From positions 1,116,001 to 1,180,000 of the forward strand of contig CP142729.1 in assembly GCA_036630325.1 (NCBI GenBank): 64,000 bases of DNA. Reading direction: 5' to 3'. The notes beneath the pieces are model-generated. The model searched no databases. It saw nothing but the letters and a program-made list of their open reading frames with translations, and was not told the DNA's origin. The stretch's first letter is position 1; each line of letters starts with the position of its first letter. Positions 49,561 through 61,557 of this stretch are shown here, piece by piece. This stretch comes from Vairimorpha necatrix (Eukaryota). A program made the position numbers and the translations under genes.

Positions 49561-50046
49561 ATAAAAAATCTGGATAAAAATTGTTAATATATTGTAACCT
49601 ACGTAATTATTTGTCTAGTTTTATTATCTAATTTTTTAGAAAAGTACTGATACATTCAGCCCAACATGAATTCACTACAAGAACTTTATGTTTATAATTG
49701 TTGATTATAATAAGACATTCCTGATAAAGAAATTAAGATATTTTCATTGAAAGTACTCTTTAATAAATTTTTATTTTGCAATTGTCGTAATCTTTCCCCA
49801 TGAAGACCGAGATTAAACAATGAATGCTTTATTTGTACCTCTTCTAATTTTTTTTGTTTGCACTTTATTTAAAAAAAAAAAATTTTAAGATGATAAAATA
49901 CGTTTTTTATAATAAACCTTTTATAAAGACATAAATATAGTTTTGATGGGTTTAGCTCTATTAAAATCGTTGGGCGTGATCTTTCATTGTAATTAGTTTT
50001 GATAAGGTAGTGATAATAATATTAACCGTATTTTGTTTAGAAAATA

Positions 50047-51069
50047 TAAAAGATTTATTGAGTTAATTTTCAATTATGTTTAGATATTCATAGCACAGCT
50101 TTCCCCGGTATCGCTCATGGGATTCAGCTCTTCACAGACTTTGGTTTCTGTGGAATTATTAATGTTTTCCAACTTCACTTTAGCAGCTTCATTCCCCTTT
50201 GCCGACACCATTTCTTTAACAGTCGCCATATTCGCTAGTGCGCTTACAGCTCTAGCCACTTCTTCTTCTCCTGCATCCTCCTGGTCGTATCCTCGTCGTC
50301 GTTCCAAAGAGATGGACTCTAGAGTCTTCTTCATCACAATAGACTGGATATATGCTTCCAGGTAGGGTTGGATTTCTAGCTCCCTGATGTACTTTCTGTG
50401 ATATTTGGTCACCACTCCATCCCATGTCATTACATAAGGAACTATTCTTGTCCGGGATTTATGTATTAGTCCCAGTTCATTTGCAAGAAGGTCATATTTT
50501 CTTAGTTTTTCATTCTCAACTATAGTAAGTCGATCCTGGTTGGTTATACCAACTTCAACTATTAAAATTTCTTTCTTCTTCTTGTCAAACACAAGAATAT
50601 CAGGCTTATTATGGGTTACCTTTATATTAGTGGATATTCTCGTATCTACTCTTATTTCTGCACGATCATTTTCCATGATCTCTTGTACTGAGTGTCCACG
50701 TATTTTCTTTGTCTTCTTAAACCCATATTTAATACATAGTAAGAGATGAATGCATCTAACTACCTCGTTGTGTCTTTTCATATAATCAAAACCCAACATT
50801 CGATCACACTTGGTAGCTAAATGATCCACGGTCTTCCTATGAGATCCACAATGGGGACATTGTCCCTCTTGTCCACAGAAGATATTTCTATCCTGTAGGA
50901 AGCAGTAAATTGCTTCGGATCTAGCCTGATTGTTTCCTTTAACCAGCCAGGTAGAAGAGTCCCTAATGCTTACTAAATCATTGTCCCTAGCTTTAAACAA
51001 CTTTCCATGGTTTGTCCTTATGTTAATTTTGTTGTAAAGCGCTTCTTTTTGGGATTCTATTAGCATTGC
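50047..51069 (-). mobile_element. 5'-truncated non-LTR retrotransposon with a restriction-like endonuclease (R2/R4/NeSL-type); ORF remnant 50080-51066
   Basis: CCHC finger CPHC...H....C, RHNEV, and PD-(D/E)xK nuclease KPDILV...IVEVG...EKLRKY. No RT domain. GC-richer than the flanks. Candidate TSD ttagaaaata at 50037-50046 and 51070-51079. Confidence 0.88.
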
Positions 51070-51313
51070 TTAGAAAATAAAAATTGATTTATAATATTTA
51101 CGAATTTGATAAGAGATTACAAAATTTTTTAGTTAAATCTTTAACATTTTTTTACTTGTATTTTTTTAAGTTAATTTATGTTATGGGGATTTTTCTGGGA
51201 AAGATCTAAATAAATTCTTAAAATCGATTTTGTCAATATTATAGAATTCTGTTTTACGAGAATATATGTGGCTCATATTTTTAAAGTGCCTAAAAATTAA
51301 ATTTTAACCCTTC

Positions 51314-52260
51314 AATGGTAAGAATGAATGAACCCCCTTACTGCCTTAAAGAGTAACTTCGTTTTAAAGTTAGCAAAACATGAAAAACGATCTAATGTCG
51401 AAAAAGCGAATATAGTTGATTTACATCGTAAAAACTTTGCATCCATCGAAGAAAACAGCACAATCAATCTGCTAGGTCTACTCAACAATTAGGCCATTGC
51501 AAAATACTTTCAAGGCAGATCGTGTTATTAATAATAATCGAGATTGTAAAAATGGTTTGACTTTGAAGAAATTTATAACGAGTTAAATACACGAATAATG
51601 CAAATTTAACTATATCTTTAATATCAAAAAAACACAAAAAAAGACTCTATTTTATTCCAGTTAAACGTAATTCAACAGGCAAAATAGACAAAAGGAGTAT
51701 ATACGCCTCCAAAATTAGTAGGTAAATTTAAAAACCTGGTTTTCATTTCAAAATTGTGGATGTCCTCACACTGCACAAAGTTGTTGATACTTAGAAAAAC
51801 AACTATAGCCTCTAAGAATGAGAGTAAATTGTGGCCAAAATATTTGCTTCACATATGCAACAATTATAATAAATGGATTGTTTTGTTTGTGCATAAAAGT
51901 GGACGTAAAACTCCGTGAGTTTATGAGCTTTATAACGAATAGGTTGTCTATGCTCTTCTGGAATAATCCTACATGGGGTTATCATGGACGATGTTACTTA
52001 CATTGTTCACGAAAATTTTTACAAAAATTAAATTATAATAATATCAATCAATAATTTTTGCCACCTTATTCTTCACAGTTAAATCCCATCGAATAATTTT
52101 TTGATATTCAAGACAAAGGTTGATCTTTTAATTTACAGATTTCATAATTGAAACAAGTCTTAAGAATGTTAGAAGTTATATTTTAGTCATGTGTGTCCTG
52201 AGGTTTCTAGAAATATGATAGACTGCCTAGAAAAAGCAAGAGCAAAAAGCACTTTGCTTA
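51314..52260 (+). mobile_element. Decayed IS630/Tc1/mariner transposase remnant
   Basis: VIMDD (usually MDN) near 51980 and LPPYSSQLNPIE*FF near 52058-52100. Ends uncertain. Confidence 0.75.
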
Positions 52261-52305
52261 ATAAATTTTTTTATTTAAATGATATGGCCCTATAGAAATT
52301 CATAA

Positions 52306-53030
52306 GGAGGCTTGGCCCAGTGGTCGAAGGTAAAGCTATCAGTGAGCATGACTGAATTCAAGCACTAAGGCTATAAAAATAAATTTACCATCTATGATGC
52401 ATTTAGAACAATTCAGATGATAAAAATGACTAGACAATAATTGAGTTGATTATGAAACTTGTGTATGTCTATCCGTAGTGGTATTGGCATCTAGCGTAGG
52501 ACTTCATTTATAAGCACAAACAATAAAGTCCTTGTGATGACTTTTCGATGCATAAAATTTTAACATATTGATGTTACAGTGAAAAAATACTCTGTGGCAT
52601 GATACTTCAGCTACTAAAAGACTAGAAGAAGTAGAGAAATAAAGGGCCACGTAGCTCCTGTCCTACAGGATTCTGTAACACGGTGACTAAAACTCGAGAA
52701 AGACCCTGTCAACGCAGTCTAATAAAATGCCGAGCATGTAAGGAGCCTTGTGTGGGACACAGATGATAATGGAATATTTAATTTCAGATGATGTCTTTCT
52801 CAAGTTATTAAAACAATGCTTATTAAGTACATCCGCTATGAGGTCACTCTGGATGTGCTTTGAGGTTAAATAGGAAAATGTCTTCCTGATGCTAAAGTCC
52901 AATGGATATGGCGATCTTGTTGCTCGGAGAAGTTATAAATAAGAAAGTTTTAGTGCCTAAGAAGCACAAGTATCAGTTGGATAAGTTTTACGATCCCGAG
53001 TCCCCTATGTTTTGTTCTTACCACCTTTTA
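52306..53030 (+). mobile_element. Dispersed repeat copy 3, tRNA-headed putative SINE
   Basis: Head GGAGGCTTGGCCCAGTGGTCGAAGG...GAATTCAAGC. Blocks gaacaattcagatga, actagaagaagtag, caggattctgtaaca, tccaatggata and agtatcagttg occur in the same order as in copies 1 and 2. Confidence 0.6.
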
Positions 53031-54143
53031 CTTGCAAAGAAAAAAATGAAAAAGAACATGGCACTCTAATGATTCAGCCCCCGTAATAAATATAATCTGC
53101 CGTAACATGATGTATACACACTTATAATTATCAAATTGTTTGACATTTTTACTGTTGGGGTCATTTTTAAAATTTCTACTTCGAGCACGTCGCCCAATTT
53201 TTTTTCCGAACAAAAAAAGCATGTCATTAGTAACAAATTCGATCTATTCTTTTTGTTTTGTCCTTTATGGTTTTTTGCTTAACGACATCTGCAAAGCAAA
53301 CAATTGCTGTTATTAGTTATAAAATAAACATATAATCACCTAAGTAGTTACATTAAATTTTTAGAAGATCAAAACGACCAAATGTGTAATTTAAAGTGGG
53401 CGGCGCTGGCTGATTAGGAAAATTCACTTGCCCATATAAGTAACATGGCAGTCAACGTGTTGATGTTCACCTCTTTCGAATTTTATTTTAAAATTTAGAA
53501 AAAACTTTTAAAATGAATCTATAAATCTCATCAGCCGTTTTGGGAATTTGTTCATTCTTGATAATTATTATTCATACTTTCAAACTATTTTTTAATTTTC
53601 ACCTCTAAACAGAAGAAACATGAACAAAAGACGTATTAAAAAAACCAAAAAAATATTACAAAGTAGCGAAGAATATGTTAAACTCATATTTATTTATTAT
53701 ACCATGAAATTAACTTAATACATATTTTTATTATTTTATAAATGGAATTTTTTTACTTAGAAAAAACAACTAAATAAGTGTAATAATTTAATTTTGTAAT
53801 TATTACATAAAACATAAAGCTATTATAACTTTTATTATATAATTAACTTATAAATATAGATAAAAGTTATTATAAATTGCGGGCTTTCGAAAATCAAAAA
53901 ATATAAATTAAAAGTCTAACTTAGGAATAAAAAAATTTAATTCAAAAGATGAAAGCACATTTTTATTCTGTTGGAAATGAATTAATTGCAAATTTTCTTA
54001 AAGTAAAAATTTTACTTAAAATCTTAATTTTATTTAAAAATTATAGTCTATATTTACAAGGGTTAAAAATTTTATCAACTAGTTTCTTTTTTTAGAAGAG
54101 CTTAAGTTGACAATAATTATTTAACTAATGAAATTTCCCCCAT

Positions 54144-55933
54144 ATGATTTTTTTTAAAATTTTGATAATGTTAATAAAATTGAGTTGCGCGTCAAATTCA
54201 CAATTTTTAACAAAAGATGTTATTCTAAATAAAATAGATTATTCAGATTATAAAATATTTAACCATAATGATGCATATTGCAAAGTGACATTATCATATA
54301 ATGGGGCGTATTGTATTTTTTCTGCAATAATAGGAGAAATAACGGGTTATTTTGAGATTCCGTTAAGTAATGAAAATGATGAGACCAAAGACGGTTACAG
54401 GAATCTAGAAACCATTGCAAGTGATATCGAGAAAAAAATGTTTGAAATTGATATCAATATTAATAATTATTGCATTCTGCTAATTTATAAACAAAATGAT
54501 ATAGAGAACTTTAGTATTATGAATGATATCATACACTATATAAAAAAAATTAATTCTGAAAAAAAAATAAAAACTGAAATTTATTACGATTTCATACTTG
54601 AAGATGATTGTATAATGAAAAGAACCATTATCGATAGGAATAATATTAGAAGCAAAAATAATAAAACGGGTAGATTTGAAATTTCAATGGTCAGTTACAA
54701 AATAAAAAAGGATTCACTAAATTTTACGATTGAGATTTTTCAGAATGATATAAGTTATTTTTTTGAAGTACAAAAAAAGAATTTATCATTTATTGTTCCA
54801 AAACCCTTGATAAATATTATTACGATGATGAAAAGAAAATAGAACTATTTGATTATATACCTAAATTGATGACAGTACTTGAAACTAATAAAAGTAACCA
54901 CTATGCGACAATTGAAACGAAGATCGTTGGAATTAACAAGATCAAAAATGAGAAACCAGAGTTTGAAATCAATATAAAAAATAACAAAATAAACATCAGA
55001 CAAGAAAAAGTTACCTATTTTTATTCATATAAAGATAATCAAAATTCTAAAAAAAACATCGCTATAAGTAGAGACTGTTTTGTTAGGTTTGGTGAAATCT
55101 TACACTTCTTATACGAAAACAAAAAGGACTGCTTCGAATGTATTAACTTATTTTATAAATTTTTAGAAATTAATAATTTTGTTAAAATTTTTATAAACAA
55201 AATTATAAAAAATGAAAATTCGGCTCTAAATATATTATTTAAGCATATTTGTGCAATCTTTAATGAAAAATTAATAAACAATACAGGAGCCATTAATAAA
55301 AATTTAATCGGGAATCGAGCAGAAAAAAATAAATTAACAAAAAAAATCGTTAAATATTTACGTGGTAATGATGCTTTTTCATTTACCGGATTGATGATAA
55401 AAACTTGTTTGTTTTTAGAAGGAGATATATACATCCGAAATAATACTAAAATAGAGAATACAATATTGAAACCTTTTAATGAAATTAGAAATATTATTTT
55501 GATAGATGTATTATCAATAAGATCACCTATAAAAAGGAAAAATACAATTAGAAAAAATATACCTTATTTATTAAAAATATGCAGAGAAGTGTATGATGGA
55601 TTAAAAGATATAAATCAATATAATGATAGGTCCGCAAAGTACTACAACGCGATATTCAAATTTTTTCAGGAAATTGAGAATGGCATCAATGAAATTGAAG
55701 AGGATAGAAAAGATAGTTACAGAGAAAAAAAAATTAAAGAGTTTATGAAATTAAATTTTAACCAATGCGAGGCTATAAATGAAATTAAAGAGAAATTAGA
55801 AAAGATCACTAAACAAAATATAATTGATAAAAGATCAAATATAAGCAGGAGTTTATATGAAAAAAGATTTACAAGTAGCGAAAGAAATTCAACAGAGAAT
55901 TCGTTAGATTATGACTATAATAAAACTATTTAA
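54144..55933 (+). CDS. Hypothetical secreted protein of ~595 aa, split by one frameshift near 54760-54780
   Basis: CCCC-ATG and signal peptide MIFFKILIMLIKLSCA. The downstream frame is open back through the A7 run at 54772-54778 (KKEFIIYCSKTLDKYYYDDEKKIELFDYIPKLM), so the two ORFs overlap and join. Confidence 0.7.
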
Positions 55934-57989
55934 AACTATAGATTTTTTATTTAATAAACATTTATATATGAAAAAAAATAATTTGTCTTAGTTAAAAAAA
56001 ATTTAATTTTTTATCACACTCTTTTCGGTGTTTATATTGCAACTTAACAAATTATAATTATAAAAGATTGTATTACTTGTTATGATTTAATGTCTAAATA
56101 TTAAATAGATTTACATTCAAGAAAGACTTTTGGTGTTGTTTTTAAGCTAATGCATTCACAACTGCTTCTAAGGCAATTTTGTGCCATATTCGATCTATCA
56201 TGATGAGGTATATATGAGGATTTACCCACATATTTTGACTTTTGTTAAAATTTCGATTAAAATTCGCTTCTGTTGTACTTATTGTTTCATCTGGAAAGCC
56301 TAATTATATCTTTACTATGTATTAAAAATGACACAATTATTTCAACATTTTTGATTTTTTACAGAAATTAATAGTATAATATTTTCTTCACGTCACAGAA
56401 AAGCATTTATTTGTTGATTATAACAATATTCACAAAAGGTATATCACTTTTTTTTTTGTAAATACATGATCATTTCGCTTATAATTATTTAGTTGATAGC
56501 ATATAAACTGCCTTATTGGCTATATTTTAAGTAATTTTTAGATGTCCTGTAATAACAGGGAATTGTTTTTTGTCTTTTTTAGAGCGATATCAATATATAA
56601 CGATAAATGAATACAGGTATACAAAGAATTGTCTTTTAATACTTTAAAAATCGACATATGATTATATTTGGCAGCCAAATTGTCGACATTCATTGTATAT
56701 TTTTAGATACACTAAACATCTTTCGGCAATTTATTTCTACATGTTAAAATGGTGAATTTTTTTGGATTGGTAAAATTGTTTCTATATTTTGTCATTATGC
56801 TAAATTAACCTTGTGTTAATTAAATGATTATTTTTAAACAATTTAACTATGGGTTGTTCATATAATTATTATGTTCTATATCAATTTATTAATGAATAAA
56901 GAGTTTTTTTGAGGACACATCACACAATGTAACACAATAAAAATATATATCTAATTTATATGTGTTTTGCCATACTAAAATCAAAATAACTGCTTGGTAA
57001 ATGTTCAAAAAAATTCTAATTTCGTCTCGTAGTGCATCTTTTAATACTATTGATGAGTTTTTTTCTATCATAGTTGAGAAACGATCATACACAGCTTTTA
57101 GAATTTTGCTCAGAAGTTAATATGAGTAAGAATGCGTTTTTTAAAAAAATTTATGAGCAAGTTTGCGTCACTTTTTCTAAAAAAACCCACATTACGAAGA
57201 TATATTATAGAACAATATTTATTTTACCGATAATGTATAGCAACAATATGATGTCTAACCCTTTCGTATCGATAACTTAGAAAATATAATTGGTTATTAT
57301 GTCTCAAATTCTCTTACAGGTCTTTCTTATATGTTTTTGCAAAATAAATCATAAATGGCAACGCAATCTATGTATCGATATATATTACAACCTGAATATT
57401 TGAAAGTTCTTATTTGTTTGAGACATCATATGTAAAGATTTAAACACCTTGTATTAGTAATATAATTAAAAATTTTAATATAAATTGGTAATGGTATCGG
57501 CCAAATATTACTGCATTTTTTGCGGTCTACTACTTAGAAGTCTCGAAACAGGTAAAAAACGTCAGTGATATTCGTCCGCTATTCCGATAAAAGCCTTATA
57601 TCATCTAGTTTTTCAGTTAGTATTAATGTATCAAAACGCGCCAGGACATCGTACCGTAACCTTTGCATACATAACAACTCTTGTACGATTCAAAGGCCTA
57701 TAATGGAAAAATCTCAGTCATACTGCTACGAGAATTGTTAGTTCTATAAATATGCAATATTGTATAGGCGAGAATGTTTTTTTAAAAAAAAAGAAGAAAA
57801 AACAATTAAAAGGGTAAATGTTACTGGTACAAAAAAATTTAATCCATAACCAATTGAACCCTTAAATAAAAATTTAATATATTAATTAATGCGTTTATAG
57901 TTCGCATACTACTACAGATCAATTTTATTAAAAAAAAATTTTCAAAAAATACAGTTCACTAGCTATAAACGATTAACTTCTTAAAATTT

Positions 57990-58660
57990 AAAACATAATC
58001 ATGGCGTTATTACAAAAGAACTTAACGATCCCGGGCAGACATACAAAATGTTTTCTATTACTAATATCTGTTTTGCCTTCTCAGATAATGTTATGTTAAC
58101 ACAAAAAAGTTAAGTCGATTAATAAATTGTGTACGTCCTGCCACAGGTAGTGAATTACAACTAGTTAAACAAACACTTTTGGAAAATTGGAAAAAAAGAT
58201 CTAGTGCTACAACTTTGTACGTAAAGTACTTTAAGAAAGGTATAAAGCTCTGTCGATGCATCGTAAATGAGTTCCATCTTGCTAACCTAAAAAACTATAC
58301 AAAGGATATCACGTTATGGCGTAAATCATATCCCGGTGGATTCTGTAGCATACTGATTCACTTTTGGAAGATAGATAAAAACACAGTACATACCATGCAA
58401 TGTTAAAGATTGAATACAAAGGGAGGATTTTATGGGATACAAATAATAGTTTGTGCTTTCGTGTTAATATGTTGACTTCCTTTCGGATTAACCAATTGAG
58501 CTCATTAATTATACTTATTGTTAATTATTTTGAGACGCATTACATATGGTAACTAATTCTTTAAAAAGGTCTACTGAAATACGGCAAAATTTGCCGCGCC
58601 TTCTATTGCCGAGATTGCCAAAATGAGTAAGAATCTCACAGAATTAACGTGAAAAAATTA
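57990..58660 (+). mobile_element. Dispersed repeat copy 4, putative SINE family with a degraded head
   Basis: Ordered blocks aaaatgttttcta, tcagataatg, caactagtta, tcgatgcat, ggattctgta, tgggataca, and gtaagaatctcacag (identical to copy 1). Confidence 0.5.
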
Positions 58661-61557
58661 TAATCTTGAGTTTTTGAAATCATATGCAAGGATCTGCACA
58701 CGCTTTTTTATATAGAAAAAAAATTAATAGCCGAAAGAAACACTGTCATACATACTCGCAATGCTCCTGATATATTCTAACTTTTGACATCTTTTTACAC
58801 AAGGGAGCACAAAGCGTTGTCTCAAGTGATAACAATGTTGTTCCTTTGTTTAACGCTGGTTAAATTCGAATTCAAACAGAAAATTTTTTAAGTTAAAAAT
58901 TTTTATTTTCGAGACTATAAATGAAAAAAAATTTGAAGTTTTATAGCAGGGTTATATGGCGTCAACCCCGGGTTGTAAATTTTCACAGTGCCGTAATAAG
59001 ACATAGCAATGCTGGGTTGGCATGACAATTTGGAATTCCCATAGCATTTGTAGTTTTCATTGGAAATCATTCTAAAGAAAAACACATCTAAAAATATACA
59101 CATGAAAACTATAAAAAGCTATGAATTTTTGAATTCTTACTAAGAGGGCATAAGTTGATAATGCTTACATCATATATCCGAACACTGATTCTAGTGAATC
59201 ATTTAGTTGGTAAGCATAATACTATTTATCGGTTATATATGTAAAAAATCACTACTTCGAATTTTATCAAAATATGTTATAGATGACATATAATATGCTT
59301 GCGAATATGTGCAAATATATAGATACAGGGATAAAGAGATTTCTAAGGCAATAGATGTACTGGGAATATATATATATCGGATAACTGAGATTTTAAAAAT
59401 TTTATAATATTATATGCATAATAAGTAAAGAAATTTTGCAATAAGATCAATTAATAAATAAGTTGTATATTATTATGCACCAAACGACTAGTCCTGTCTT
59501 TTTAGTATGAGTTGAACAAACGACTTTTAAAGCTTTCACCTAGAAAGTAAAAACATTTGTGGGATAATAATCTTAGACGCCATTGGGGTATTCGATATCT
59601 CAAAGTGGCTCAATTGATTGCATTTATAAATGAGATGAGATGTTTTATGACGTTTCAACGTTTTAGTTTTGCGAAGTATATACTTAGATACATAATTCCT
59701 GGCGTTTAATAACGAATTAAACTAAAAGAATCGCTTTTGCCAATATGTCAAACGATTTCTTAAACAAATATGAATTTCGAGCACCATTCCATTTTTAAAA
59801 AAGCCAGCGCATGTTCCTAATAAAAACAATGGTCGTTCGGCGGAATCGTCAATTTTTTATAAACACTCGATTTTGACTACTTAATAATTTTTGTTGAATT
59901 TCTATGGTTAGCGTCAAAAAGCTATATACAAATATTAGTTGTCACAGTTTAAATAATTGGGCTACTTATATTAACTAATTAAATTTTTTTTGAATTAAAT
60001 GTGCGCTGTATAAAATATGTATTTTATTCCTAAAAATTTTTTATGTGTGGGATGAAATCACACAAAATATAAGACATACCTCGGAACAATTATATAATTT
60101 TTTAAGGGACTTTTTATCTTTAGTTTAAAAATGTGCTATTTCAATTTAACATATAATATAAGGCTCAGTGCGCATAAAATAAATATTGATTCTTTAAGCT
60201 TTTAATATGTTGCTAAATATCAATCGCAAAGGATCAAATTACGTTCTTTAGATCTTGTTTAATGGTCAATGTTTGTGCTCTGTAAGTTATATCTTATGAC
60301 TTCAAATGATGCATATTTGCTCTATATGTTGCTGATAACTCCATTACAAAGGTCTTTAGGTATAATTTCTAAATTTTTGTCTTTATGTCAGATTTACAAT
60401 TTTTTAATAGCTACAATTTTAATTATACAGAACTAGAATTATATAGAACTTCTCAATTTAATACGATTTTTTACCATACGCTTTACATGGATTTAAAGAT
60501 ATATTTTTCGACTTTTTACATCAGATCGACGTTTTTATGTATAAATGACCTTTTTGTTCGTAAATATTTAATTAATTTAATATATGATTTTGATTTCTTA
60601 TTTACATTCCTTTTTCAGAACTCGACATAAAAATTGTAGTTTTGACCACACTAGCATATACACAAAGTTTTCTATAGATATTCGATTGAGTTTTTTTATT
60701 GTCAACGAGAAACGTTATCATGGAGTTTTGATCCAAACCCCGTCATATTCTTACTTCGAGTTTATTCTTTTGATTATATACGTATAATAATTTCATATAA
60801 AAAACATATGAAAACTATTTATACATTCAAATAATTTACCTGCTTGATATAAAAAGATGTTCTATATTTTGAGAATTTTTCAGAAGCCACCAAGAGGACA
60901 CCAATAACTATATATAGTGAAAAAAACATTAACAATCAAACAAAAAATATTAAGCATATAAAATTTTTTTTTAACAAATCATGAATTTCATGACGTCGAT
61001 TTGCGTATGTTTATTTGTCATAACAATTTAAAAATATCACATGTCGATTTCAGAATGTTGTCTTACTTCATTCGCTTCTCGATAATATTTTTTTATTACT
61101 AAACATTTTTACGCTACAAGTTATACTCGATCTCAAATCTGTTTATAGATCGACACTATTAATAGTTGATACATAAGTAAAAAATACTTAATAAATTTTT
61201 TAATGATATAAAAAGTATTAATTATAATATTGATGTTTCTTACAGGGAGCAAATGTTTTACAAAACCAGGTAAATAATACGTAAAATGGGGTTTGCACAA
61301 AAATTTTTATGAGACACATCCTCCATTTTATAAAAAAAATTAATAACGTGTAAATTTTTTAAAAAGAGTATATATCTAAACTAAATAGGCTTGTCATTCA
61401 GTTCTTAATCTTTAGGTTTTTTTCATGTAGTAACACATCTATAAATCCATTTCTCAATATTTTTTTTTATAATTTACGCAATTCTATACATTAAGAAATC
61501 ATATTATATAAACAGTAATAAATACATTAAAACATTTTTAAATTAATATTCTTTTAT

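Noticed and set aside
57560-57700. Minus-strand snippets resembling a zinc knuckle (CYVCKGYG) or an MCM SRFD motif (VLARFD)
   Set aside because: Isolated short matches in different frames with no supporting neighbouring motifs.
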